Shown: positions 8,357-18,361, counted from the stretch's first letter. The stretch is 32,000 nt of DNA from Longivirga aurantiaca (GCF_042660085.1 NZ_JBHSTI010000008.1:1959876-1991875), one strand, 5' to 3'. Notes: generated from the letters alone by a model not told the origin. Numbers and translations: made by a program.

Positions 8357-9733
8357 GTGACCAACGGACGACCGGACGCCGGTGCGCTCGCCGCGCGCGG
8401 GCGACCTGCCGTGCGCGTCGCCTCCTTCGTGGTCGGCATCACCCTCGTGTGGGTCGGGGCGGCCACAGCCTCGGCCGGGAACCCGCTCGACCTCGCTGCC
8501 GTGCTCCTGGTGATGCTCGCCGCCGTCGTGGCCCTGGCGCTCGTGACCGGCCCCGTGCTGGCGGTGCTCGCCTCGCTCGCGGTGGTCGGGATCGTCAACT
8601 GGTACCTCGTGCCCCCGTACGGCACCTTCTCGGTCGCGAGCACCGAGAACCTCGTCGCGCTGGTCGTCTTCCCGTTCGTCGCCGCTGTGACGGCAGGCCT
8701 CGTCGAGCTCGCCGCCCGCGCCCGGTCGCGCGATGCGGCGTCGGCGTCGCGCGCCGAGCTCATGGGCGACGTCGCATCCGCCCCGGCCGCCTCGCTCGAC
8801 CGCGTGCGCCGCGCGCTCGACCTCGACGAGGTCCGTCTCGTCCGCGACGGCGAGGTGGTCGCGGCGAGCGGCGCGAGCGAGGGGGCCGGCGTCGTGCTCG
8901 ACGCGACCGGCCCCGACGGCTTCCGGCTCGTCGGCACCGGTGCTCCGCGCATGGCGGAGGATCCCGACTTCATCGCGTCGCTCACCGCCGCGGCCGTCCG
9001 GGCGCACGAGAGCGAGGAGCTCGATCGCGAGCGCGCACGCGCCGCCGGGCTCGCCGCTGTCGACGACGCGCGGTCGGCCCTGCTGGCCAGCGTCGGGCAC
9101 GACCTGCGCACGCCCCTGGCGGGGCTGCGCCTGGCCATCGACACGCTGCGCTCCCCCGACGTCGAGCTCGACGACGACGCGCGCACGGAGCTGCTCGGCA
9201 CGGTCGACGCGTCGACCACCCGCCTGGACGAGCTCATCTCCAACCTGCTCGACATGAGCCGGCTCGAGGCCGGAGGGCTGCCGGTGCGGCGCGAGGCCGT
9301 GGCGCTGTACGGCGTCGTCTCGTCCGCAGTCACCGGGCGCGCACCGGGCGCGGTGACGGTGCATGTGGACGAGGCGCTCCCCCTGGTCTCGACCGACCCG
9401 GTGCTGCTCGAGCGCGTGGTCGAGAACCTCGTCTCCAACGCGCTGCGGCACGGTCGCGCGGGGGCGGGCCGGCCGGTCGAGGTCCGCGCCGTCCCGCGCA
9501 CGTCCGCGGTGGTCGTCGACGTCGTCGACCACGGCCCCGGGCTCGGCGCGACGGCAGCCGCCGCGCCCGCCCTGTCGGCCTCGAGCAACGCCGACGGAAG
9601 CACCGGCCTCGGGCTCGAGATCGCGCGCCGCTTCTGCGTGGCGATGGATGCCGCGCTCGAGCTGCGCGAGACCGAGGGCGGCGGGCTCACCGCGCGCATC
9701 ACCCTGCCGCTTGCCCGGGGAGGCGCGCGATGA
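8357..9733 (+). CDS. Sensor histidine kinase with KdpD-type (DUF4118-like) membrane domain, lacking the KdpD N-terminal sensor/USP region
   Basis: NWYLVPPYGTFSVASTENLVALVVFPFVAAVTAGLV resembles the KdpD TM region; SVGHDLRTPLAGLRLAIDTLRS H-box, NLVSNALRHG N-box. Confidence 0.85.
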   Translation: MTNGRPDAGALAARGRPAVRVASFVVGITLVWVGAATASAGNPLDLAAVLLVMLAAVVALALVTGPVLAVLASLAVVGIVNWYLVPPYGTFSVASTENLVALVVFPFVAAVTAGLVELAARARSRDAASASRAELMGDVASAPAASLDRVRRALDLDEVRLVRDGEVVAASGASEGAGVVLDATGPDGFRLVGTGAPRMAEDPDFIASLTAAAVRAHESEELDRERARAAGLAAVDDARSALLASVGHDLRTPLAGLRLAIDTLRSPDVELDDDARTELLGTVDASTTRLDELISNLLDMSRLEAGGLPVRREAVALYGVVSSAVTGRAPGAVTVHVDEALPLVSTDPVLLERVVENLVSNALRHGRAGAGRPVEVRAVPRTSAVVVDVVDHGPGLGATAAAAPALSASSNADGSTGLGLEIARRFCVAMDAALELRETEGGGLTARITLPLARGGAR

Positions 9734-10425
9734 CCGAGCTCCTCGTGGTCGAGGACGACGAGCAGCTGCGCAGGGCGCTCGTGCTCACGCTGCGCTCGCG
9801 CGGGCACAGCGTGACGGCGAGCGGGTCCGGCGTCGAGGCCGCGGCGCTGGCCACGAGCAGGCGGTTCGACGTCGTGATCCTCGACCTCGGCCTGCCCGAC
9901 CTCGACGGCATCGCGGTGATCGAGCAGGTGCGCGCCAGCAGCGGGGTGCCGATCGTGGTGCTCTCGGCACGACGCGACCAGGCCGACAAGGTCACCGCGC
10001 TCGACGCCGGGGCGGACGACTACCTCACCAAGCCGTTCGGCATGGAGGAGCTGCTCGCACGCATCCGCGCGGCCCAGCGCCGCGCCGGGCCGGTGACGAG
10101 CGCGGGCACCGTCACCACGCCGGACTTCGCGGTCGACCTCGGCCGGAAGTCCGTCCGCACCACGGACGGCACCGAGGTGCACCTGACGCCCACCGAGTGG
10201 GGCGTCCTCGAGGTGCTCGTGCGCGCCGACGGCCTGCTCGTGCCGGGAGCAGACCTGCTCGCGCAGGTGTGGGGGCCGGCGTACGGCAGCCAGACCAACT
10301 ACCTGCGGGTCTACCTGGCGCAGCTGCGCCGCAAGCTCGAGCCGGACCCGTCGCACCCGCGGTACCTCATCACCGCGGCCGGGCTGGGCTACCGCTTCGA
10401 CGTGACCGGCTCGGGGAGCGCCTGA
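9730..10425 (+). CDS. KdpE-like OmpR-family response regulator
   Basis: VVEDDEQLRRALVLTLRSRGHSV, VVILDLGLPDLDGIAVI, LDAGADDYLTKPF, winged-helix LTPTEWGVLEVLV...YGSQTNYLRVYLAQLRRKLEPDPSHPRYLITAAGLGYRF; overlaps the kinase by 4 bp. Confidence 0.92.
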   Translation: MTELLVVEDDEQLRRALVLTLRSRGHSVTASGSGVEAAALATSRRFDVVILDLGLPDLDGIAVIEQVRASSGVPIVVLSARRDQADKVTALDAGADDYLTKPFGMEELLARIRAAQRRAGPVTSAGTVTTPDFAVDLGRKSVRTTDGTEVHLTPTEWGVLEVLVRADGLLVPGADLLAQVWGPAYGSQTNYLRVYLAQLRRKLEPDPSHPRYLITAAGLGYRFDVTGSGSA

Positions 10426-10556
10426 TCCCGACCCCGCCGGACGTCGCCGGAACGGCTCTGGCAGGCTGTGCCCCGACGCGCGGCGACGGTGCCGCGGGCC
10501 CGTTCGGCGGGTCCCGCGTGTGGGCCCCCGGTCGGCCCGCGCCCACTTTTCGCGGC

Positions 10557-10605
10557 TGTCACGCTCGGAAACAAGGTCGAAACAATCGGGACACCGACGG
10601 GAAAT
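10557..10605 (+). promoter_or_regulatory. Candidate GlnR-type operator upstream of glnA
   Basis: GTCAC (10558), GAAAC (10568), GAAAC (10579), GACAC (10590), GAAAT (10601); last four units at exact 11-bp period. Confidence 0.55.
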
Positions 10606-10710
10606 CCCGCCCCCGTAGGTTCCCCGTGAACGCTGAGGCGAGCCCGTCGCAGCTGCCAGTGATGCCCCCACAGTCCGTCGGCTCAGCCGGGGACCCCGCG
10701 AGGAGGATGG

Positions 10711-12135
10711 ATGTTCAAGAACGCGGAGGAAGTGCTCCGGTTCATCCAGGACGAGGACGTTGTCTTCGTCGACGTGCGCTTCTGCGACCTGCCCGGCGTG
10801 ATGCAGCACTTCAACGTTCCGGCGAAGTCGGTCGACGAGGCGCTGTTCACCGAAGGTCAGATGTTCGACGGTTCGTCGATCCGTGGCTTCCAGGCCATCC
10901 ACGAGTCGGACATGAAGATCGTGCCGGACGTGAAGACGGCGTTCCTCGACCCGTTCCGCAAGGAGAAGACGCTCGTCATCAACTTCTCCATCCAGGACCC
11001 GTTCACCGGTGAGCCCTACTCGCGCGACCCGCGCAACGTGGCTGCCAAGGCCGAGGCCTACCTCGCCACGACGGGCATCGCGGACACCGCGTTCTTCGCC
11101 CCCGAGGCCGAGTTCTACATCTTCGACGACGTCCGCTTCGAGACCAAGCAGAACGCCGGCTACTACTTCATCGACTCCGTCGAGGGCGCCTGGAACACCG
11201 GCCGCTCCGAGGAGGGCGGCAACCGCGGCTACAAGCCCCGCTACAAGGGCGGCTACTTCCCCGTCCCGCCGGTCGACCACTTCGCCGACCTCCGCGACGC
11301 GATGGTCCTCGGCCTCGAGCAGGTCGGCCTCTCGGTCGAGCGCGCTCACCACGAGGTGGGCACCGCCGGTCAGCAGGAGATCAACTACCGCTTCGACACG
11401 CTGCTCCAGGCCGCCGACGACGTCATGAAGTTCAAGTACGTCATCAAGAACGTCGCCTGGCACGCCGGCAAGACCGTGACCTTCATGCCGAAGCCGCTCT
11501 TCGGCGACAACGGCTCGGGCATGCACGTGCACCAGTCGCTCTGGAAGGACGGCGTCCCGCTGTTCTACGACGAGCTCGGGTACGGCGGCCTCTCGGACAT
11601 GGCCCGCTGGTACATCGGCGGCCTGCTCAAGCACGCGCCGTCGCTGCTCGCCTTCACCAACCCGACGGTGAACTCGTACCACCGTCTGGTGCCGGGCTAC
11701 GAGGCGCCGGTCAACCTGGTCTACAGCCAGCGCAACCGCTCCGCCTGCATCCGCATCCCGATCACCGGCTCGAACCCGAAGGCCAAGCGCATCGAGTTCC
11801 GCTGCCCCGACCCGTCGAGCAACCCGTACCTCGCGTTCGCGGCGATGCTCATGGCCGGCCTGGACGGCATCAAGAACAAGATCGAGCCGCCGCAGCCGGT
11901 CGACAAGGACCTCTACGAGCTCCCGCCGGACGAGGCCGCCGCGATCCCGCAGGTGCCCGCGTCGCTGACCGAGGTGCTCGACGCGCTCGAGGCCGACCAC
12001 GACTTCCTCCTCGAGGGCGGCGTCTTCACGCCCGACCTCATCGAGACGTGGATCGAGTTCAAGCGCACGATGGAGGTCGACCCCATCCGCCTCCGTCCGC
12101 ACCCGCACGAGTTCGAGCTCTACTACGACATCTGA
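10711..12135 (+). CDS. glnA: Glutamine synthetase, type I
   Basis: [97 protein letters not shown]. Confidence 0.98.
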   Translation: MFKNAEEVLRFIQDEDVVFVDVRFCDLPGVMQHFNVPAKSVDEALFTEGQMFDGSSIRGFQAIHESDMKIVPDVKTAFLDPFRKEKTLVINFSIQDPFTGEPYSRDPRNVAAKAEAYLATTGIADTAFFAPEAEFYIFDDVRFETKQNAGYYFIDSVEGAWNTGRSEEGGNRGYKPRYKGGYFPVPPVDHFADLRDAMVLGLEQVGLSVERAHHEVGTAGQQEINYRFDTLLQAADDVMKFKYVIKNVAWHAGKTVTFMPKPLFGDNGSGMHVHQSLWKDGVPLFYDELGYGGLSDMARWYIGGLLKHAPSLLAFTNPTVNSYHRLVPGYEAPVNLVYSQRNRSACIRIPITGSNPKAKRIEFRCPDPSSNPYLAFAAMLMAGLDGIKNKIEPPQPVDKDLYELPPDEAAAIPQVPASLTEVLDALEADHDFLLEGGVFTPDLIETWIEFKRTMEVDPIRLRPHPHEFELYYDI

Positions 12136-12155
12136 GCCGTACCCACCCGGACACC

Positions 12156-12188
12156 CGGAAGGCCCGCTCCCCGGGGGCGGGCCTTCCG
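12156..12188. terminator. Strong hairpin between convergent genes glnA and 12212-12535
   Basis: CGGAAGGCCCGC (12156-12167) / GCGGGCCTTCCG (12177-12188), perfect 12-bp stem. Confidence 0.85.
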
Positions 12189-12211
12189 CCGTCCGGGGGC
12201 GGCGCACCCGG

Positions 12212-12535
12212 TCAGAACACCGGCCCGTGCTTCAGGTGGGCGTCAGGCTGGTCCTGGTACTCCGCGGGCAGAGCCGGCCCTTGCGGCGTGGAGATCGCGG
12301 CAGGTTCGATCCGCGTCTCGAACGGACGCACGAAGCCGCCGGCGACCTTGTCCGTGGTGTCGATACGCACGACCTCGTGCGTGCCCGCGGTGGTCGGCCC
12401 CGCGAGCATCGGCGCGTTCGCGACGGCGACCGCGAGCCCGGCGACAGCGACGGCGAGAGCGAGCAGCGCCATCCAGAGCGCCGCCTTCGCGAGCGTGCCG
12501 TGCTGGATGGACGGCGTGTGCAGCGTGGTGCTCAT
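12212..12535 (-). CDS. Hypothetical protein with one N-terminal TM helix
   Basis: MSTTLHTPSIQHGTLAKAALWMALLALAVAVAGLAVAVANAP...; ATG start chosen at 12535 within a longer ORF. Confidence 0.6.
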   Translation of the reverse strand: MSTTLHTPSIQHGTLAKAALWMALLALAVAVAGLAVAVANAPMLAGPTTAGTHEVVRIDTTDKVAGGFVRPFETRIEPAAISTPQGPALPAEYQDQPDAHLKHGPVF

Positions 12536-12629
12536 GACGACCCCCTCGATGGGTTCCTGTCCTCCTGCAGCTGCCACGCTGCTCAGGACGACGAACCGGG
12601 AAATCGGGGGAACCCCTAACCTTCCGCCC

Positions 12630-15392
12630 TCACAGCGGCCCACCGGCAGGCGCCGATGCCATCATCCGCACGAGCTCGCTGCGCCCCCGGACGCCGAGCT
12701 TGCGGTACACGTGCGTGAGGTGGACCTCGACCGTGCGCGGCGAGAGGAACAGCCTGCGCGCGACGTCGTCGTTCGTGATGCCCTCGGCGACGGCCTCGGC
12801 CACCCGGCGTTCCTGGGCCGTGAGGCTCCCCGACACGTCGTAGCGGTCGCGCCGTGCGACACCGGCCCCGACGGCCGCGAGCTCGTCCGCGCAGGTCTGC
12901 GCCCACGTGGCGCAGCCGAGGTCGAGGAAGACGGACCGTGCCCGTTGCAGCCTGGCTGCTGCCTCGCCCCGCCGACGACGTCGGCGCAGCCACCGTGCGT
13001 GCCGGAGGCGCGTCATCGCCAGCTCGAAGACATGCACGCCGCCACCGATGCGCTCCTCCGCCCGGCAGAACAGCTCGTGCGCCTGCGGGTCCGGGGCCAG
13101 GGCAGCACATGCGCGGTCGATGAACCCCTCGCCGAGCAAGCTCGTCGTCGGCTGAAGGAGCGCGATCAGGCGGTCCCGCTCCCCCGCAGCCGCCTCGACC
13201 TCACCTCCATCCGCGAGCAGCTCTACGAGCGTGACCAGGTGGTCGGCGTACACCGTGTGCGGGACGAGGCGGACCATCGAGTCGAGACGCTCCGAGGCCA
13301 GCAGCTCGCGCGCCTCCTCCGGCCGGCCGAGGCTGAGCGCGAGCATCGCCCGCTCCCCGGGGAGGGCGCCCGTCCAGAAGTCCATGCCGGCCTCGCCCAT
13401 GACCTTCTCGGCGCGCTCGAGCGTCGGAGCGAACAGCCGCTCATCCGCCCTTCTGCTGCACAGCTGGAGCCTCATGGCATCGGAGTAGAGGTCCGCCCGG
13501 CCGAGCGCCAGCGACAGCTCGACGGTCTCGTCGATCTCACTCTCCAGCTCGTCCCAGCGCCCCTCCCAGAACGACACCAGAAGGTCGATCCCGATCCCGT
13601 CCAGCCGCCGGCGCGGGTCGCCTGAAGCGACCAGGGCCGACACGACCTCGCGCAGCACCGGACCGCTCACCTCGAGGCCGACGTCGAGGCCGGCGTTCAC
13701 CACCGACTCCGTCGCCCAACCTGTCGCAGTCGCCTCATGCACCGTGATCGTCGCGAACGCGCTCTGCAGGTGCGGCCTCGTGTCGAGGTCGCCCACCTCG
13801 TGGTCGTACGCGTGCGCCACCAGGAGGCGGTCGATCGGCGCGAGCTCGGCGAGGGGGCCGAGCTCCGCCGCCAGCACAGGGATCTCCACCTGGCGCTCCG
13901 AGGTGATGTCCTGCGCGAAGATCAGGTCACGCACCGCCTCACGCCGCTCGTCGCCATCCAGGAGGTCGAGCGACTCCCGGAGCAGACGGCAGCCGAGCGG
14001 GGCATCCGACACCCGGGCGGTGGCTAGCCCGGCGATGCGCAGGAGACGACCCCGTGTCGTAGGCGCGGGCTCGCGCGACAGCCCGACGAACGCGATCCTC
14101 GCAGCCGCGCCGTCGTCGAAGTCGTCGAGCGCCATCGAGGAAGCCCTGCACAGCATCTGCGCCGCGACCTCCGCGTCCGCCTCAGTCGCGGCAGCCAGCT
14201 CCAGCACGTCGGCGGCGGATCGCTTGGCCCCGAGTCGTTCGAGGGCTGCGGCGTCCTCGCAGAGCGACCGTGTGAGTTCGGCATCCGGTGCGAGCGCGGC
14301 GGCTGCCCGGTGGCAGGCGCGCCGGTGCACCCGCCGTGCGGTGGGCGCCAGGACCGAGACGGCGGCGAGCGCGGCGGCGTGCGCATCGCGCACCTCGTAG
14401 GGGGATGCCTGGGCGAGGACCGCGACACGTGCCAACGGGTGCCCGAACCGTGGCCGAGAGCCACGGACCACCACGAGCCCCGCGCGCTCCGCAGGCTCCA
14501 GGTCGGCGCGCGAGCTGCCGGATTCGGCCAGCGCGGCATCGACAGGGTCCTCCTCGCCCGTCACCGCGAGGACGACCAGTGCCCGACGGGTGGCGTACGG
14601 CAGCAGCTGGACATCGGCGGCCCAGCGCTCCACGACACCTGATCCCACCCGGAGGTCGTCCGGAAGCCGTGTGCGGCCGGCCCGCTCATCGGCGTCGAGC
14701 CGGACCACCGCCTCCAGCACCGCCAGGGTGTTGCCCTCCACCGCGCGCCATACCGCCTGCGCGACGTCGTCCGCCGTGCCGCTCGCGACCGTGCGGGCGA
14801 GCTCGCCGGCTTGCGTCAGCGGCACCGGGCCGACGTCAAGCCGTGGCAGGCTCGCGATCCCTCGGTCGTCCATGAGCTCGGTCCTTCCCGCACCGATGAT
14901 GGCCACGGGGTCGCATGCGAGCCGCCGGGCGGCGAACACCAGCGCCACCTTCGACGGCGCGTCCCACCAGTGCAAGTCGTCCGCGACGAGCAGCGTCGTG
15001 CCGTCGAGACGGGACAGGACCTCCAGGAGCGCGGTCGGGTCGGGACTCCCTGTCCGGGTCAGCGGCTCCACGGCCTCCGGGGGTGACCCTGCGTCCGCGA
15101 GCCTGGTCGCGAGCACCGCGAGCGCGGCACCCGGGATCCCCTTCTCCGCAGGAACACCGACGACCTCGACCGTACGGATGCCGCGGGCGCGCGCCGTTCC
15201 CGCCAACTCGTCGAGGAGAGCGCTCTTGCCCACGCCCGCCTCGCCTACCACGACGACGGCACCGGCACGGCCTGCGACGGCGGCATCGACCAGGCCGGTC
15301 AGCGCCAGGAGCTCCTCGGCCCTCCCCACGACCACACCCGATCCTCGCGCACCCGGGCCGGGCGTTGCGCGACGGCCGGCGATGCACCGCAT
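12630..15392 (-). CDS. Large AAA/LuxR-family transcriptional regulator (LAL-type)
   Basis: N-terminal Walker A VVVVGEAGVGKSALL, C-terminal LuxR HTH LTAQERRVAEAVAEGITNDDVARRLFLSPRTVEVHLTHVYRKLGVRGRSELVRMM. Start codon uncertain. Confidence 0.9.
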   Translation of the reverse strand: MRCIAGRRATPGPGARGSGVVVGRAEELLALTGLVDAAVAGRAGAVVVVGEAGVGKSALLDELAGTARARGIRTVEVVGVPAEKGIPGAALAVLATRLADAGSPPEAVEPLTRTGSPDPTALLEVLSRLDGTTLLVADDLHWWDAPSKVALVFAARRLACDPVAIIGAGRTELMDDRGIASLPRLDVGPVPLTQAGELARTVASGTADDVAQAVWRAVEGNTLAVLEAVVRLDADERAGRTRLPDDLRVGSGVVERWAADVQLLPYATRRALVVLAVTGEEDPVDAALAESGSSRADLEPAERAGLVVVRGSRPRFGHPLARVAVLAQASPYEVRDAHAAALAAVSVLAPTARRVHRRACHRAAAALAPDAELTRSLCEDAAALERLGAKRSAADVLELAAATEADAEVAAQMLCRASSMALDDFDDGAAARIAFVGLSREPAPTTRGRLLRIAGLATARVSDAPLGCRLLRESLDLLDGDERREAVRDLIFAQDITSERQVEIPVLAAELGPLAELAPIDRLLVAHAYDHEVGDLDTRPHLQSAFATITVHEATATGWATESVVNAGLDVGLEVSGPVLREVVSALVASGDPRRRLDGIGIDLLVSFWEGRWDELESEIDETVELSLALGRADLYSDAMRLQLCSRRADERLFAPTLERAEKVMGEAGMDFWTGALPGERAMLALSLGRPEEARELLASERLDSMVRLVPHTVYADHLVTLVELLADGGEVEAAAGERDRLIALLQPTTSLLGEGFIDRACAALAPDPQAHELFCRAEERIGGGVHVFELAMTRLRHARWLRRRRRRGEAAARLQRARSVFLDLGCATWAQTCADELAAVGAGVARRDRYDVSGSLTAQERRVAEAVAEGITNDDVARRLFLSPRTVEVHLTHVYRKLGVRGRSELVRMMASAPAGGPL

Positions 15393-15510
15393 GCCTGCGC
15401 CCGCTCACGCACTCGGCCGACCACGACTCCCTCCTCGCGAGCGGCGCCCTCACGCGGCCGCGCCCACGCCAGGCATATGGGCCGTACTCACGGGGCCACC
15501 GCGTTCATCA

Positions 15511-15545
15511 GGAAGGTCCGCTCCCCGCGTGGGGGCGGGCCTTCC
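15511..15545 (-). terminator. Terminator hairpin downstream of the permease gene
   Basis: GGAAGGTCCGC / GCGGGCCTTCC (one G-T wobble), located right after the minus-strand stop at 15564. Confidence 0.75.
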
Positions 15546-15563
15546 GCCGTTCCTGGCCTACGG

Positions 15564-16853
15564 TCAGGCGTAGCGAAGGAGCAGGTACGGCACGCAGATG
15601 GCGATCGACATCGCGGCCGTGGGCACGCCGTACTTCAGCCACTGCACGAACGAGATGTGCAGGCCGTTGCGCGCCGCGATGCCCACGATGACGACGTTGG
15701 CACTCGCGCCGACGAGGGTCGCGTTGCCGCCGAGGTCCGCCCCGAGGGCCAGTGCCCACCACAGAGCGCCGTCCTGGCCGAGCGCAGGGTACGTCGTCAC
15801 CAGGGACTCCACGACAGGCGACATCGCGGCCACGTACGGGATGTTGTCCACGACGGCGGAGATCACCGCCGACGCAACGAGCATCAGGGTGAGCGTCGGC
15901 CCCACCTCACCGCCGGTGGTACGGGCCACGACGTCGGCCAGCGCCTCCAGTGCGCCCACGTGCACGAGCGCGCCCACGAGGACGAAGAGCCCCATGAAGA
16001 ACAGGAGCGTCTCCCACTCCACGTCGGCCACGAGGTCCTGCGGCCGCAGCGGCGACAGCAGGATCAGCACTCCGGCCCCCACGATCGCGACCACGGACGG
16101 GGCGACGCCCGTCTGCCGCTGCAGCAGGAACCCGACCAGGATCAGCGCGAGCACCACGCCGCTGCGCCGCAGGAGGCGGTGGTCGGTGATGGCCTCGCGC
16201 TCGTCGAGCGCCATCAGGGCATCGGCTCTCGTCGGGTCACCCACGAGCGCCGACCGGAAGAGGAATCTCGCCAGCAGCAGGAAGGCGCCGAGGATCACGA
16301 GCACGATCGGTGCCAGGTGCACGAGGAAGTCGGCGAAGGTGAGCCCGGCCCGGCTGGCGATGATGATGTTGGGCGGGTCACCTACCAGGGTCGCGGTGCC
16401 ACCGATGTTCGAGGCGAGCGCCTCCGCGATGAGGAACGGCACCGGGTTGAGGCCGAGGCGGTCGCAGACGAGGAGCGTCACGGGCGCCACGAGCAGCACG
16501 GTGGTGACGTTGTCCAGGAGCGCCGAGGCGCCGGCGGTCACGAGCACCAGCAGCACGAGCACGCGGTAGGGCCGCCCGCGGGCGAGCTTCGCCGACCGGA
16601 TGGCGAGGAACTCGAACACCCCCGTCCGCCGGATCACGCCCACCACGAGCATCATCCCGAGCAGCAGGAAGATGACGTCCCAGTCGATGCCGGTCTCGCG
16701 CGAGTAGAAGGCCTCCTCGGACCGGACGACCCCGAAGCCGAGCACGAGCGCGGCTCCCCCGAGCGCCGCCGCCACCCGGTGGATCCGCTCGGTCGCGATG
16801 AGGATGTAGACGCCGACGAAGAGGCCGACGGCCGCCCAGGCGATCGGGGTCAT
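15564..16853 (-). CDS. ArsB/NhaD (SLC13)-type ion permease
   Basis: TAGASALLDNVTTVLLVAPVTL, ALASNIGGTATLVGDPPNIII, DNIPYVAAMSPVV, ALGADLGGNATLVGASANVV; many TM segments. Confidence 0.88.
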   Translation of the reverse strand: MTPIAWAAVGLFVGVYILIATERIHRVAAALGGAALVLGFGVVRSEEAFYSRETGIDWDVIFLLLGMMLVVGVIRRTGVFEFLAIRSAKLARGRPYRVLVLLVLVTAGASALLDNVTTVLLVAPVTLLVCDRLGLNPVPFLIAEALASNIGGTATLVGDPPNIIIASRAGLTFADFLVHLAPIVLVILGAFLLLARFLFRSALVGDPTRADALMALDEREAITDHRLLRRSGVVLALILVGFLLQRQTGVAPSVVAIVGAGVLILLSPLRPQDLVADVEWETLLFFMGLFVLVGALVHVGALEALADVVARTTGGEVGPTLTLMLVASAVISAVVDNIPYVAAMSPVVESLVTTYPALGQDGALWWALALGADLGGNATLVGASANVVIVGIAARNGLHISFVQWLKYGVPTAAMSIAICVPYLLLRYA

Positions 16854-17314
16854 GCGATGAGTCGATCGACCAGGCCGTTGACGGTCACGACGCCGAGGAA
16901 CCGTCCGGCGTCCACGACGGCGACGAGCGGCACATGGGCGGCGGACATCACCGCGGCGATCTCCACCACGGTGGCATCGCCGTCCACCGCGGTGTCAGGG
17001 GCGCGCTCGGGCCGGTCGAGCGCTCGCACGAGGTCGGCCACGGTCAGCGTGCCGAGAGTTGCCGAGAGGGCGTCAGCCGACGACTCGTCCCAGACACGTG
17101 CGAGCGAGGGGTCGTCGCGCACGTAGGTCGGCAGCGCGACCCGGAGCACCTGCGACGCCGGGATCACGAGGAAGCGACCGCCCGCGTCCACCACCAGGCC
17201 GGGAAGCCCGGCGGAAACGAGGGCGCGCAGCGCGTCGGTCAACGGCTGGCCGGTAGCGACCACCGGTGCCGGTACGACGATGTCTCGGGCTCGCACGCCG
17301 CGAGTCTGCCGCAC
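16850..17314 (-). CDS. CBS-domain protein, overlapping the permease start by 4 bp
   Basis: Two CBS-like repeats (RARDIVVPAPVVATGQPLTDALRALVSAGLPGLVVD and VDGDATVVEIAAVMSAAHVPLVAVVDAGRFLGVVTVNGLVDRLI). Confidence 0.8.
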   Translation of the reverse strand: MRQTRGVRARDIVVPAPVVATGQPLTDALRALVSAGLPGLVVDAGGRFLVIPASQVLRVALPTYVRDDPSLARVWDESSADALSATLGTLTVADLVRALDRPERAPDTAVDGDATVVEIAAVMSAAHVPLVAVVDAGRFLGVVTVNGLVDRLIA

Positions 17315-17425
17315 ACCGCCCTCAAGCGTGGCAGCTCGTCGGAGACGGGACTCGGGGCGTCATGGACGCCGCAGCCGGGGCGTGGTTGAGTCGCGTGCCG
17401 ACCGCGAGCCCGAGGAGGTGCCGGC

Positions 17426-18361
17426 ATGACGTCGCCCGCCCTGGCCTGCTTCGACGCCGAGTCCGTGCTGGCTCTCGGGTACGCCGCTGCCACGGACGCG
17501 ATCGTGCGCGCGCTGCGCGACGGCCTGGACCCCGCGATCGGGCCCGCACGCAGCAGCGTCGACCTCGCCCATGGGCAGATGCTGCTCATGCCGGCCGAGA
17601 CGACGACCGCCACGGGCATCAAGGTGGTGACGGTCGCCCCCGGCAACCCGGCGCGCGGCCTCCCCCTGGTGCACGCGCAGTACCTGCTCTTCGACCGCGC
17701 GACGCTCGTGCCGACCGCCGTTCTCGACGGCACCGCGCTGACCACGCTCCGCACCCCGGCCGTCTCGGTGGCCTCCGTGCTCCACCAGCTCCCCGACCGG
17801 CCGTTGCACGTGGCTGTGATCGGGCACGGCCCGCAGGCCCAGGGTCATGTCGCGGCGTTCGAGGCGGTCCGGCCGCTCGCGGGAGCGACGTACCTCGTGC
17901 GCGATCCCGCCCGCGCGTCGGTCGAGGGTGTGGCGCTCGGCAGCGCCGATGCCCGCCGACGCCTGCGCGAGGCCGATGTCGTCGTGTGCGCGACCAGCGC
18001 GCGCATCCCGGTGCTGCGCAGCGAGGACGTGCGCGACGACGCGATCGTCGTCGCGGTCGGGGCGTACGAGCCGGACGCCCGCGAGCTCGACGGCGCGCTG
18101 CTCGGCAGGTCGAGCGTCGTGGTCGAGGACGTGGCGACGGCCCTGCGCGAGGCCGGCGACGTCGTGCTCGCGGTCGCCGAGGGCGCGCTGGACGCAGCCA
18201 CCCTCGTGAGCATGCGCGACCTCGTGCTCGGCACGATCTCCCCGCCTCGCGACAGGCCGCTCGTGGTCAAGACGGTCGGCATGGCGTGGGAGGACCTCGC
18301 CGTCGCGGAGGCCGTGGTCGCACGCGACGGGCGTCGCCCCGGCACGGGCGCGGCGGAGTAA
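17426..18361 (+). CDS. Ornithine cyclodeaminase / mu-crystallin family protein
   Basis: GIKVVTVAPGNPARGLPLVHAQYLLFD, AVLDGTALTTLRTPAVS, VAVIGHGPQAQGHVAAF, ADVVVCATSA. Confidence 0.88.
   Translation: MTSPALACFDAESVLALGYAAATDAIVRALRDGLDPAIGPARSSVDLAHGQMLLMPAETTTATGIKVVTVAPGNPARGLPLVHAQYLLFDRATLVPTAVLDGTALTTLRTPAVSVASVLHQLPDRPLHVAVIGHGPQAQGHVAAFEAVRPLAGATYLVRDPARASVEGVALGSADARRRLREADVVVCATSARIPVLRSEDVRDDAIVVAVGAYEPDARELDGALLGRSSVVVEDVATALREAGDVVLAVAEGALDAATLVSMRDLVLGTISPPRDRPLVVKTVGMAWEDLAVAEAVVARDGRRPGTGAAE

Noticed and set aside
7918-12207. 1429-aa minus-strand ORF opposite the permease, two-component system and glnA
   Set aside because: Antisense shadow of high-GC codon bias; low-complexity Arg/Ala/Gly/Val-rich protein with no motif, overlapping strongly supported genes including glnA.
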